NCBI RefSeq assembly: GCF_001194135.2
Contig: NC_068987.1
Span: 28,136,625 to 28,200,624 of the forward strand
DNA length: 64,000 bases
DNA from: Octopus bimaculoides
Lineage: Eukaryota
Direction: 5' to 3'
Below the pieces are notes generated by a model that was not told the origin of the DNA, did not search any database, and was given only the letters and a program-made list of their open reading frames with translations. The position numbers and the translations under genes are program-made. Every line of letters begins with the position of its first letter. Within the stretch, counting starts at the first letter, position 1. Below, piece by piece: positions 50,695-63,830 of this stretch.

Positions 50695-51123
50695 NNNNNN
50701 NNNNNNNNNNNNNNNNNNNNNNNNNNNNNNNNNNNNNNNNNNNNNNNNNNNNNNNNNNNNNNNNNNNNNNNNNNNNNNNNNNNNNNNNNNNNNNNNNNNN
50801 NNNNNNNNNNNNNNNNNNNNNNNNNNNNNNNNNNNNNNNNNNNNNNNNNNNNNNNNNNNNNNNNNNNNNNNNNNNNNNNNNNNNNNNNNNNNNNNNNNNN
50901 NNNNNNNNNNNNNNNNNNNNNNNNNNNNNNNNNNNNNNNNNNNNNNNNNNNNNNNNNNNNNNNNNNNNNNNNNNNNNNNNNNNNNNNNNNNNNNNNNNNN
51001 NNNNNNNNNNNNNNNNNNNNNNNNNNNNNNNNNNNNNNNNNNNNNNNNNNNNNNNNNNNNNNNNNNNNNNNNNNNNNNNNNNNNNNNNNNNNNNNNNNNN
51101 NNNNNNNNNNNNNNNNNNNNNNN

Positions 51124-51159
<36 letters not shown>

Positions 51160-51209
51160 CACATAAGCATGTATACATACATATATATATATATACACGC
51201 TCACACACG

Positions 51210-51245
<36 letters not shown>

Positions 51246-51780
51246 CATATAAACATGAGGTAGGAGGCAGATGTATATTTATCAGGTTTATATTTATGTG
51301 GAACAGACAGCCATTTCTATACGTCCGGTGAAAAAATAAAATAAAATAAAATAAAATAAAAACCGAATAGTATTTATCTATAATGCAGTCTATCATTGAT
51401 TATTATACATAAACTTAATAGAGAAAGTAAGTAATAGGCTCAATTTACAGAAATTCACATTTATATAATAACTTGATGATATAGTAGAAAAAGATTCACG
51501 GTGCCTCTTTGGAATATTTGAATCTTTCATAATGAGAAATTATTTCACGTTGTAGACTGTGAATTATAAAAATGTCATTTTCATAGAAATCTGATATAAT
51601 GTATATAGACGAAGAGGAAAGATTTTATTGTAGCAAGTTGACATAACAAGTATGAACGAGGTAAACGGCATTAATTATTTTTAAACTGACACAAACAAAC
51701 ACAAGAAAAACTAACTGTTAGACATTTCCGTCTTCATTCCTTAGGTTGAATTTGGAAGAATCTAACAAATGTGTGTATGT

Positions 51781-51816
<36 letters not shown>

Positions 51817-51848
51817 TTGTGTGTGCATGTGTGTGTGTTTGTGTGTGC

Positions 51849-51895
<47 letters not shown>

Positions 51896-52239
51896 CAAAT
51901 GATCCTGTCATATCTGCTTTGTTGTGACCACTGTCAGCACATTCAGCATTGTATCTCACGGGATAGATATCAAGAGGTCAATCAACCTGCTGAAAAGTGT
52001 AGGTAAATTCCTTTCACAACACATATTAAACACACATTCTATAAACTTCAAAATAAACCATGAAGACTGGGTTACAAATGTTCGCAAAAGTTAGGAATAA
52101 TGCAAACTGGCGTTTAGGGGCTGAGCTGAGTTTAAGCCCAACTAACCATGCACCAAACTAGAAATATCAAAGCACTGTATGCAGTAGCTCATTGTAAAGT
52201 CGTCTAACACTGTGAGTGGAGTACTCAGATCAATTCTCT

Positions 52240-52440
52240 CTTGGAGTATAGCGTCGAGAGTTTCCACCAATGTATCAGTCAAAAAGATATGACTTGGAGA
52301 TATTGCCTTTCGTCAGGTTCCTGTCACAATTATTCGACTCACATATGTGTAAAATATGTAATAAATGTATACCAGTACCAGCCGTGTATTGGCATATTCA
52401 AATCATCTAGTATGTGTAGCTTGACCTGTGCATGCGAGCG
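52240..52440 (+). mobile_element. Possible very old RTE-like LINE 3' end
   Basis: KDMTWRYCLSSG resembles the DR..WR..I..G motif; HMCKICNK plus a frameshifted SR-IGIF.HL resembles the RTE terminal zinc finger. Heavily decayed. Confidence 0.3.
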
Positions 52441-52477
52441 AGGAAACTCCCCTAAAGTTTGCAATGAATAAATCCTC

Positions 52478-52680
52478 TCTACCATTAGTGTAAGGCCTGA
52501 AACTTTGCGGAGCTGTGGAAGTCGATTATATTGACCCTAATGCTCAATTAGTACATTTTCCTCTCCCGATGACATGAAAGTAAAGTTGACCCCCAGCAAG
52601 ATTTGATCTGAGATCGTAAAACCAGAAGAAATCTCAATAAACATTTTGTCTGGCGTGGTAACGATTCTGATAATGTTGAC
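52478..52680 (-). mobile_element. SINE family A copy
   Basis: 'tctaccattagtgtaaggcctgaaactttg...gtcgattatattgaccc...atgaaagtaaagttgacc...ggtaacgattctg'. Confidence 0.75.
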
Positions 52681-53239
52681 AATGAATAAATAACTGGTTC
52701 TAGATAAAGCACGCAAATCTTGGCTCCTTTCAAAAAGATGCACATCCATTATGTTTTAAAAGGAAAAGTAATATGACGAAATGACTTTGACATTTCGTTT
52801 TGTATTTAGATGTGTACAGGATATGAATTTGCGTAATTCGATAATCAAAACTGGTGCATGATAAAACGGTTTGTGGCCCTAGGAAAAACTACGTTGACTC
52901 ATGATGGTCTCGTAATGTATTTACAAAAGTTTACATTAAAGAATGATATGAGTTTACAGAAATAAGGTATTCTTACCTCGCGGTTACATCGGTATTAACT
53001 ACATTAAAACCACTGTGGCGTGCTATTTCCTTGTTGTACACTTGAAAGTGGTAATTTCTTTTCCTTAAAATCAATATCGATGGATGTCAACCTATTCTAA
53101 ATACCTGAACATTACAGGTATATATTTTATCGATCACACGTTGATGGAAGACTGTAGGAAAGGATGGAACTTCCCCTTAGAGCTTCAAGATTTCTTCCAT
53201 GTCATTAAAAGCAAATATGATTATGACTACATCAATAAC

Positions 53240-53480
53240 AGTAGGCGGGAAATTGGCAAGCTCGTTTGAGAGTCCGTTAGAATACCTGGCCAGATTCTAT
53301 ATATCGCTAGCGGGGAGATGAGTTGTTTCTCTCTCTAGCGCTCGAGCAACCATTACCAATGAGATCAACGAAGATCGAAATCGCGTGACCTGGTGGTATC
53401 GGCGCTGGAGTTCGTGGGAACATATCTCCCCGCCGGTGATATGCAAAACCAAGCATGCTTCCTGCACCAAAAGGCCATAT
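53240..53480. promoter_or_regulatory. CpG-rich promoter-like island (E2F-like GGCGGGAAA, two CCAAT boxes)
   Basis: Dense CpG against an AT-rich background; GGCGGGAAA 53244-53252; ATTGG 53252-53256; CCAAT 53356-53360. I recognised no TE homology. Function is inferred. Confidence 0.4.
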
Positions 53481-54079
53481 GACAGTTTCTGTCATGTTAT
53501 CTACCACAGCAAGGATTGTTCTAACAGAACAATAATGTTTAAGTGGGAATAGATATTACCACTCGATGTTAATACTGCCTCTGTCGCTAATATATACTGT
53601 TTAGGATTGTTGAGCTCTGATACAAATTAAGCGGAAACAACGGTTATCTTCTCGCGGTCAGTACATAAACTACCAGTGAAGTACTAGTGTGAATATTCTT
53701 CTCTTTCTCTCTCCCTTTCTCCCTCTCTCTCTCATACATACACACACTTCCTCACTAACAAATATTCTCACAAACTCAGATATTTTTTCTGATGTGCAGA
53801 GCCTTGGGAGACCACTCACAACCTCCATTTCTCCACAAATGCAGCAGAGTTGATTGAGAGGCAGGTAGCTACAATTCATATAAATCAATCACCTTCAAAA
53901 AACATCCATGAACGAATCAGTGTTATGCACAACATTGAACGGAATTAAAGAGCGAATTATCATAACTAACGAATAACAGGTTTATGGGCGAAGAACGTAT
54001 TATTAGTAACAACTGCAGTAGTAACAACTGCAATTGAGGTGCATTAATTGAACCATCAGAATCAACGTCACTACCAATA

Positions 54080-54710
54080 CCACCACCACCACCACCACCA
54101 CCACCACCACCACCACCACCACCANNNNNNNNNNNNNNNNNNNNNNNNNNNNNNNNNNNNNNNNNNNNNNNNNNNNNNNNNNNNNNNNNNNNNNNNNNNN
54201 NNNNNNNNNNNNNNNNNNNNNNNNNNNNNNNNNNNNNNNNNNNNNNNNNNNNNNNNNNNNNNNNNNNNNNNNNNNNNNNNNNNNNNNNNNNNNNNNNNNN
54301 NNNNNNNNNNNNNNNNNNNNNNNNNNNNNNNNNNNNNNNNNNNNNNNNNNNNNNNNNNNNNNNNNNNNNNNNNNNNNNNNNNNNNNNNNNNNNNNNNNNN
54401 NNNNNNNNNNNNNNNNNNNNNNNNNNNNNNNNNNNNNNNNNNNNNNNNNNNNNCATCACCAGCACCATCACCAACACCACCACTTCAATCACACTACATA
54501 CTCACCACTACAATCACCACCACCGCCACCACCATCAAAATCAGCACTAGTATCACAAGCACCGTCGCCTTCACCACCATATCCCTCCACCATCACTACC
54601 ACCATCACTACCACCATCATCATCACATCATCCTCATAATCATCGTCACCACGACCATCATCATCATCTACAATAACATCATCGTCAGCAGAAGCAACGG
54701 GAGCAGCAGC

Positions 54711-54750
<40 letters not shown>
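54080..54750. repeat. (CAC)n/(CAT)n/(TAG)n compound microsatellite with gap
   Basis: Direct reading; source of the poly-H/G/S/Y ORFs. Confidence 0.95.
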
Positions 54751-55059
54751 AATGCATGAACAATAGAAACAGTTGGAGTTATAGCGGCAATATATAATTT
54801 TGATTGTATTTCTTGCTACAGCAGGATTTAAGATTAACCTAAAGTTTCCATAGAGACGGATTAAAAACTTTGACGTCATTTTTATGTTTTATTTTATTGC
54901 TGGTTGTTTCGCTTTCTGTTTCTAAATAAGGCTGCGCAAGGAGAAATATTTCTAAAATAATCATTCTGAAACTGTTTTCTACTCGCCATACCATCCTGTT
55001 CCTCGCCACTCTTTTTGTTTGTTCCAAGCAATACAAAATAGCGCAAAACAAAAACAAAA

Positions 55060-55173
55060 ATAATACATACATACATTACATACATACATATATATACATG
55101 TGCACACACACATATGTATACATATATTATATATTTATATACATATATATTTACATATATACATATATATATT

Positions 55174-55208
<35 letters not shown>

Positions 55209-55234
55209 GTATTATATATATGGATACATATATG

Positions 55235-55278
<44 letters not shown>

Positions 55279-55752
55279 TATTTATGTATATTATTATATA
55301 TATATATTTATGTATATTATTATATATATATATATTTATGTATATTATTATATATACATGTATATATATATGTGTATATATATGTGTGTATATATATATG
55401 TGTATATATATATGTGTATATATATATATGTGTATATATATATATGTGTGTATATATATATGTGTATATATATATATGTGTGTATATATATATGTGTGTA
55501 TATATATATATGTGTGTATATATATATGTGTGTATATATATATATATGTGTATATATATGTGTATATATATATATATGTGTATATATATGTATATATGTG
55601 TATATATATGTATATATGTGTATATATATGTGTCTATATGTATATATATGTGTCTATATGTGTCTATATGTGTATATATGTGTCTATATATGTATATATG
55701 TGCATATATGTGTATATATATGTATATATGTGTATATATATATGTGTATATA

Positions 55753-55803
<51 letters not shown>
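55060..55803. repeat. ~740-bp (TA)/(TG) microsatellite field
   Basis: Direct reading. Confidence 0.95.
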
Positions 55804-57227
55804 CTCCTTTCTTTACATTTATTCCAAATTGTTTACATATGAGTAAATATATTTGCAGGAATATTACAGAAATATTTAGTTCACGTATTTTATTTTCGTT
55901 GTTTCAAGTGATTTTTAATATAAAATTATTCTTTTAAATATTGATTAACTTAATTCATGCTAGATATTCAGCTCATAAATATTCTTCACAGACTAAAAAA
56001 AAACTGATAAGAAGAAACTTTAAGTTTAATTTAACTCCGTATCTCTATATCTCGGCATGCAATAGCGGCAATATTTATATTGGACATTAACTTTCAGTGT
56101 GCTTCCAGTGCAAAACATTCCAACGCATTTGTTTGTATGTATGTATGTATGTATGTATGTATGTATGTATGTATGTATTTATGTATGCATGTATGTGTGT
56201 AGTAGGTATATGTATGCATATATACGCGTTTGTGTAAGTTATTTTACACACACACACACACACGCACTGACACACATATATATACACAAGTTTATATACA
56301 AATATGTACATATAAACATATATATGTACATACATGAATATTAACATATATATGTATGTTTACACAAATATCTTCATACTCGATATATATATATATATCC
56401 ATAAAATATACTGCTAACTTTGCCATTGTTCTCTTTATCCTTTTCTCTCTTTATACATACACACACTAATACACGGTCTGTTATAATCCCTACTTTTGTT
56501 TATACTACGAATGGGGCAAAACTAGCCGGTATACAGCACTTACTCGCTATTACCTGTATCTTTGGGTTTGGTTGAATCCAATACCCTTCTTAACCTTATA
56601 TATATATATATACATACGTATGTATATCTATCTATCCATATATATATACCCACATACATACTTTTATGTATATGCAAATGTATACATTTATATATAAATG
56701 TATGTTAATATANNNNNNNNNNNNNNNNNNNNNNNNNNNNNNNNNNNNNNNNNNNNNNNNNNNNNNNNNNNNNNNNNNNNNNNNNNNNNNNNNNNNNNNN
56801 NNNNNNNNNNNNNNNNNNNNNNNNNNNNNNNNNNNNNNNNNNNNNNNNNNNNNNNNNNNNNNNNNNNNNNNNNNNNNNNNNNNNNNNNNNNNNNNNNNNN
56901 NNNNNNNNNNNNNNNNNNNNNNNNNNNNNNNNNNNNNNNNNNNNNNNNNNNNNNNNNNNNNNNNNNNNNNNNNNNNNNNNNNNNNNNNNNNNNNNNNNNN
57001 NNNNNNNNNNNNNNNNNNNNNNNNNNNNNNNNNNNNNNNNNNNNNNNNNNNNNNNNNNNNNNNNNNNNNNNNNNNNNNNNNNNNNNNNNNNNNNNNNNNN
57101 NNNNNNNNNNNNNNNNNNNNNNNNNNNNNNNNNNNNNNNNNNNNNNNNNNNNNNNNNNNNNNNNNNNNNNNNNNNNNNNNNNNNNNNNNNNNNNNNNNNN
57201 NNNNNNNNNNNNNNNNNNNNNNNNNNN

Positions 57228-57258
<31 letters not shown>

Positions 57259-58049
57259 ATATATATACGTACACCTATTCATTTATATGTGTGTGCATGT
57301 ATATACATTATATTTATACATTCACACGCACACGCACGCACACACTAACACACACATCATCATCAGATGATAATCCTTATGAACGCTCAATGGTCAATCC
57401 TCTTTTACTATTATTCTCATTGCAAGAAAAACGAAGCATTCCAGTGTCTGTTGTATGCACTGAATGTTTCGATGTGGCTGAGGCCATTGACTTCATCTGT
57501 TTACCTATCCTAGTTCCTCTGAATACGTGCATGTGCCTTTAGTTATATTAATGGCCATGTTATGGATAATTTCTTGAAGAATCATATAACATAACAGCCA
57601 ATTTGCCATTTTGACATAATACTACACCACGAGACAGGCATGTACTACTCTTATAGAAAACCTGTCGGGGAAACCTTTGAAATTCATAACGAAAAATTTG
57701 TTAAATAAGATTAACATTTGCTTTACTCTTTCCCGGTTGATAACATCATTTAGTTATAGTTATGGAGTTATTGGAGTGAAAGTAATATGATAAATTTTCA
57801 TTAAGAATAATATATGTATATGATATTTTATTGGCTTCATGATAAATATTTCTATGTATTTGTCCCGTATGATAACCGAAAGAATACGTTTTGCTGAAGA
57901 ATGGACGTGACTACACAATTTGTTAGTAGGTGCTGGTATATTTGCATGTCTTTGCATGTCGAGTCAAATGACACTCTTGTAGCCAGTTACGATGAGGGAT
58001 TCAGCCACATTGCAGTTCGGATCACTTTGGTACGTGATATCCATGAAGA

Positions 58050-58905
58050 CTTGGGTAATAAATTTCTTGGCAGAAAGGCATGACAAGGAATTTGCGTTTT
58101 TTTGTCTTACACAAGTCCGTCAATAGTTGAAGTTTTCAGCATTTTGTTGACGAAAACGTTTACCTCGACTGAAGAATACATTTGCGTTTACAACAATGCA
58201 CCATTCATTTTACCGACGGGTAATTCTGTCCCATGTCTTTAAAAAGATTGAAAAGAACTCACTTCGCTTTTCTGTTTCTAAAAGATTAGTTGCGTAGAAT
58301 GAATCTTGCTTCAAAATTTGTTAGAGGTTAACGCAATATATGTTTTGTATTCTTTTTTAACACTGCAGGAGATGGCTTCTACGTTCGTATAATATTCTTT
58401 TTGAGAGATACTTGCCATTCAGAAGGCATTTGTTTGTGATTCTGTAATTAGACTCTTGGTGAGATTATCGATTATGAATATTACTATAACTGAACTCAAC
58501 GCTATTTTTGTTATAGATCATACGGTATCTACATAAAGTGGGGAAGAAGTACATACTGATACGTGTAAGGAATATCACCTTACATTGAGCTATGATAAGG
58601 ATTAACCGAAACATTTTGTCTGTTTTAAGTTTGATATTCTTCATTATGATTTACTCAAATCTACATCAGATTGGTATTGAAACACTGCCAATTAGAATTC
58701 TATTTTATTGTGGGGGGTTAGACAAGCTGTTGAATAATATTAAGTTCGATGAGATTTTAGCCATACATCTGCTACTGTTATCTATTATGTCCAATATGAT
58801 TGTGAGTCCCTGTTTATCTACACATTGTTACTTCATTCCGCTTATGGTATGGGGGTGTTTGCTGATATTATATTTAGTAATGCATCTAAGAAACTTACTA
58901 TCTTC
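58050..58905 (-). mobile_element. Penelope-like element remnant: RT C-terminus, linker and GIY-YIG endonuclease
   Basis: The minus strand shows KIVSFLDALLNI (RT xFLDx motif), YHKRNE, ISSNLILFN, IYNKNSVEFSYSN (IFNKNTVKLSYSC), NKCLLNGKYLSKRILY (CPLDGKCL...IVY), KTYIALTSNKF (YIG motif) and SCLSAKKFI; many stops and frameshifts. Confidence 0.78.
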
Positions 58906-58933
58906 GGTATGTGTGCTTGGGTGTGGGTGTGTT

Positions 58934-58982
<49 letters not shown>

Positions 58983-60124
58983 GCGCGGGGATGTACATAC
59001 GTACGAAGTGGAGAGAGAGAGGTTTATGAGTAATATTATCCTCAACGTATATAAAAATAATAAAGACTTAAATATAGTATGAATAAAAAATGAAATAAAG
59101 CTAATATATTTATATTTAGTGTGTGCTGTGAGAAGTGAATTCTAACGTTTTCAACAGATTTCTTCTTTGAAGTCAGTTTAGTATTGTTTTAGTATCGCCA
59201 ATCATGGCATTGGAAAAACTATAAACGTCACACTTTATATTTCCCCTTCCACAAAAATATTGAGCATTTGTGAAAAGGAACCAATACTGTTGCAGTAACC
59301 ACAAAATTAACTCTTCACTTTTTCCTGTAGTCATGAGAAGTTGATCTCGTAATATAGTTGTATGCGTCAGCACCAATAGCCTTTATAGTACATGTATTGA
59401 TGAAATAATTTTCAGCCATTATATAATATCGTGCAGGTAACATGTTGTTTTTGTTAATATAACCATCGCTTTCAATTCAAGATTGTCATTAATATCGATT
59501 CTTTTGTTGTAATATCAGATTCTTTCAACCTAGAAGAAGACTAATTTTTTGTTATGATGATTGAATCGATCATAATATACTATTGTAATTTGAGGCCTTG
59601 TGCCTATATAAGAAATCAATATATACCATTGTAACTTATTTCATTGATACAAGCAAAATATCAACAACAAAAAAATTATTTGACCGGGATTCATACTCAG
59701 ACGATCAGGTGGCTATTTGCACAACATCATCGTCCTTCTATTGTCTCTGACAATTTAAACAGTATTGGGGCTTTGAACTATCCGTTTCATTGGATGTGTT
59801 ACAAGACCACATATATAGTGATTATTATGGATTTTCTAAGTGATTTGTCAACATAAGTGAAATGTAATAAAGTGTAAAGGCAGTGAACCCAAAATCATAA
59901 TCCTAAAGAGATCTCATTTTATTGAAAGACTACATAGTATTCAATAGAATTCGTGTCAACGACAGTATAATATTGATTGTTTATTGAGTGAGCATAATAT
60001 GTAATATTTTAGATATTTTTGAAAAGGGTATGTAATGTACAAACGACAATACATATCCTATATGTTATCGAAAGACAAGTTAAACTGGTTCTTATCTCTT
60101 CTTCCACAGTAAAATTGTATTATA

Positions 60125-60445
60125 CCTTATATAACACTGTACAATAACTAATATAGCACTGTACTGTTGCTAATATAACACTTTGATATATCTAATATAA
60201 CGCTGTGCTATTGCTAATATAAATATCGTAACCATGACTGATATAAGCCTGCATTCTTGCCAGTATAGCAGTGTACTATTGCTGATATAAAACTAAGTAT
60301 TGCTAATATAAATTACATAACGCTATGTTACTCAAATAACGCAAAACTATGGCTGTTATAACACTGTACTATTGTTGTCATAACTTTAGAAATACTGACA
60401 TAAAACTCTACAATTGCGGGTATAACACTGTAATATTGTTAATAT
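60125..60445. repeat. Degenerate ~22-bp minisatellite (consensus near taatataacactgtactattgc)
   Basis: Variants: tataacactgtacaataac, tatagcactgtactgttgc, tataacgctgtgctattgc, tatagcagtgtactattgc, tataacactgtactattgt, tataacactgtaatattgt. Confidence 0.75.
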
Positions 60446-60489
60446 ATCTTTTATTTTGTATCGTTTATTTAAGGAGTTTTAGGCAAACA

Positions 60490-60626
60490 AGTGGACCCCG
60501 GTACTTATCGTTCTGAGCCTGTTGTTAATTCTTTTGTTCTCATATGCCAAACCACAAAGTTAGAGGACGTAAAGAAACCAACACCGTTTTCCAAGTGGTG
60601 GTGGGGGACAAACACAAACACAAAGG

Positions 60627-60697
<71 letters not shown>

Positions 60698-60797
60698 ATA
60701 TATAACAGGATTCTTACAGTTTCCGTCTTTCTAAATCCTCTCAAAAAAGTGCCATGCAGTGGGATTGAACCTGGAATCGTGTGGTTTCGAAGTGCCT
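60490..60797 (-). mobile_element. SINE family B copy with internal (CA)n
   Basis: 'gaccccggtacttatc...ggtgggggacaaacacaaacac...cagtttccgtctttctaaatcc...gtgccatgcagtgggattgaacctggaatcgtgtgg'. Confidence 0.8.
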
Positions 60798-62000
60798 ATG
60801 ACTAAGAAACAATATATACTTTTACACTGATACACTTTTACATCTATATAAATATATGATTACTGACACAAGACTGTATTATTGAGATATGGCACTACTA
60901 TATTGATAGAACACATTCTTACTGTGCTATAGCTGGTATAATGCTGTTATAATTATGTGCTATTTTTTCACGTGAGCATATAGTAGTTGGTTTCTACTGC
61001 AAATCTCATTACGTTTGACAACAGACATAATCCCTCTTCAATAGTTTTGTCGCAACTACCTGATCGTTACATATTTAGCGGAGTCTGTCTAAGTCGGAAC
61101 AGAGCTTCGATTTAAGGACAGTACTATCACCTACTCCTTTACCGAATTCCGAACCCCTAAAAAGAAGCATGGACGATGCCATTCCTTTTCTAGTCTAGGG
61201 GCAAATGAAGCACTTATTCGTATCCTTCAAGGAGACAAACTATAGAGGTTATGACTGATGGGTGATAGTCAGACCTTGAAATAAATGTTTGAATGACAAT
61301 TCACTATTGATTATCGTTCTATGTTTATCGCCTGCTGGAGCGAGATAATCTCTAACGCAATGTGATCCATCAATTTGTAAATGGAAGTGTATCATAATAC
61401 ACGCCACCTAAAACCAAGGAAAAATAGTACAATAAAGGACAAAAGTTAACGAAAAAACTAATGGGAAAAGCAAATAAACAGCGCAACATATTGCCAACAA
61501 TTTAATTTCTTCTTCTTCGTCTGATGTAAGCAAATAAATCTAACTACTAAACAGAAGTTGTAAGAAAACAACGACAATAACAACAACCACAACAACAAAA
61601 AACAAGACGTTGATATCTTTGAATTATAGACTAAATCTTGACTTATTTCAGTAAATAGCAGGACCTAACTATACTTATTTTATTATTAATGCCGTTTCGA
61701 TTGTTTACTGTCTAGACCGACCGCTTTGAACAATATTGAACATCAACACGATCATCTGTATTTATACTATCAATATTGTAATACATCAATTGTCTTCATA
61801 GAAAATGATTTACATTCCTTACTGACGCTGTCAACACTTGCCTATAATATTCTCAACTTTATACCATTAACTTTCAATGATATTACCTGTCATATTTTTC
61901 ACCATATTTTCATGTGCTTCTCCCCGTAAAAAAAACTCCACAATACACATCTACATACAGGCATTTATATGTGTATATGCTTCTATTTGTCTGTCTCTGT

Positions 62001-62012
62001 CTGCCTGCCTGT

Positions 62013-62082
<70 letters not shown>
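62001..62082. repeat. (GCCT)n microsatellite
   Basis: Direct reading; source of the PACL/QAGR ORFs. Confidence 0.95.
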
Positions 62083-62084
<2 letters not shown>

Positions 62085-62995
62085 ATGTATATGCATATAA
62101 GTGTGTCTGTATGTATGTGCCAACATGTATATATATATCTGTGAGTATATACATGCGTATATGTATATATGTATATATATATATATATGCTTATATGTAC
62201 AAGGTGTATATGTATGCATGTATATATTTTATATATTTTTATATGTACGTATATGCATATATATAAATGTTTTTTTTCATATTAATTGCATTTACCATAG
62301 TATGTATCGTGTATATATGTTTGTATATATATATATATATATTTATTTATATATATGCACACACACACACACACACATATANNNNNNNNNNATATATATA
62401 TATATATTTATATATATATATGTATGTTTGTTTATATGTATGTATGTATGTATAAAGGGGAGAATGGGAGATAATGCGAGGAGGTGATCTCTTTATAGAA
62501 AAATAGATGGACATTTGTGTGTGTATATCTACATACCTATATTTACATATGACTGTGTGTGTGTATTTTAGAGGTGTAAGTGTTTCTCATTGTGTAGGTT
62601 TATATTTTAATTGTTTGGTCGATTAGTCAGTGTGAATATATTTTGATATGTAGTGCTTTGTCTCTAATTTTATTTACCGAAGTTGCTAATATTGTTTATT
62701 CCGTTACAAAAGTTCATAAAATAGACTGTTAGTAATGTGTGTATTCATCTCTTTAAAAGTTGTTCTTGAAGTATCATTTCTATATTAAATATTGCTATAT
62801 TAAAAAAAAAAAATTCACTGCTGAAAAGAAGACAAACAAAATCTAAATTAAAACAAGAATGACAAAAGCATTATTTGTCTGCGTTTTTTGCTTATGTTAC
62901 TTGTTCGTATCAAAATCTTGGTTTATTCAAATTTCTTACTAGCAGGTGATTCATACCACCGATTGAAATTCAACGTTTGTTCTCCTATAGTGGCT

Positions 62996-63042
<47 letters not shown>

Positions 63043-63186
63043 GTATGTTTATATTTGTGTGTGTGTGCATGTCTGTGTGTGCATGTCTGTGTGTGCATCG
63101 ATATGTATTTATAAATGTGAATATAATATGAAAAAATGGTAAAATGTTTCACAAAGGGACAAAACGGCATGTATTACTAAACAACA

Positions 63187-63280
<94 letters not shown>

Positions 63281-63399
63281 AGTGAGAGAGAAAAAGAGGA
63301 GAGACAGAAAAACAGAAAGGTAAATAGATAGATAGATAGATAGACAAACAGATAGATAGACAACGTAGGAGAGACTCAATATGCCTCACCAGCTAAGAG

Positions 63400-63830
63400 A
63401 AATCATATATCAGGATTTAATTGATGAGGCATGCAGTCCCATTCCTTACTGAAGTCGGTTGCCGCAGCTTTCCAGATGGACTGGTGTGCTATCTCTGAAG
63501 AAAATTATTCTGGAATGCCAACAACTCATGAAAGATTAGAGGGAGTTAAGCTCGCTTGCAGAACCAGCTAGCAGAACCATCTATGGCAAGTGAATACCTT
63601 CTGCTGCCGGAGACTAATTCAGTCATTGCTACCCTGCTCAAGCAAACTGTATAGGGTAAGGGTAAAAAAACGTTTGCCTTTGAGATACCTGATGCTGATA
63701 TGGAAAGGTCTTCAAAATTGCGATGGATTATGAGAGATTGCATGGTTTAAATTACTTCTGAATTGTACTTTCGTCTAAGATATATCATAATAATAATGAT
63801 GATGATGATGATGATGATAACAATAATAGT
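63400..63830 (+). mobile_element. Possible decayed RTE-type LINE 3' end with (GAT)n tail
   Basis: The fragments DGLVCYL*RKL, PTTHERLEG and ETNSVIATLL loosely follow the order of RTE C-terminal motifs and are followed by (gat)n. Similarity is weak. Confidence 0.3.

Noticed and set aside
52968-52985. U1 snRNA-like 5' end (attcttacctcgc)
   Set aside because: Only the reverse complement of a splice donor; the rest of U1 is absent.
55098-55937. 242-279 aa YI/CV-rich ORFs (also 29.0-29.8 and 61.9-62.5 kb)
   Set aside because: Translations of dinucleotide and tetranucleotide microsatellites.
57455-57500. Second hammerhead candidate (minus strand CAGATGA...GAAAC), plus a weaker one near 38105-38135
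   Set aside because: The core is mutated, stem II is poor and there is no NUH cleavage triplet at 57.5 kb. The 38.1-kb one lacks the CUGANGA box.
58592-59029. 145-aa plus-strand hydrophobic ORF
   Set aside because: Antisense to the Penelope RT remnant and ends in (TA)n.
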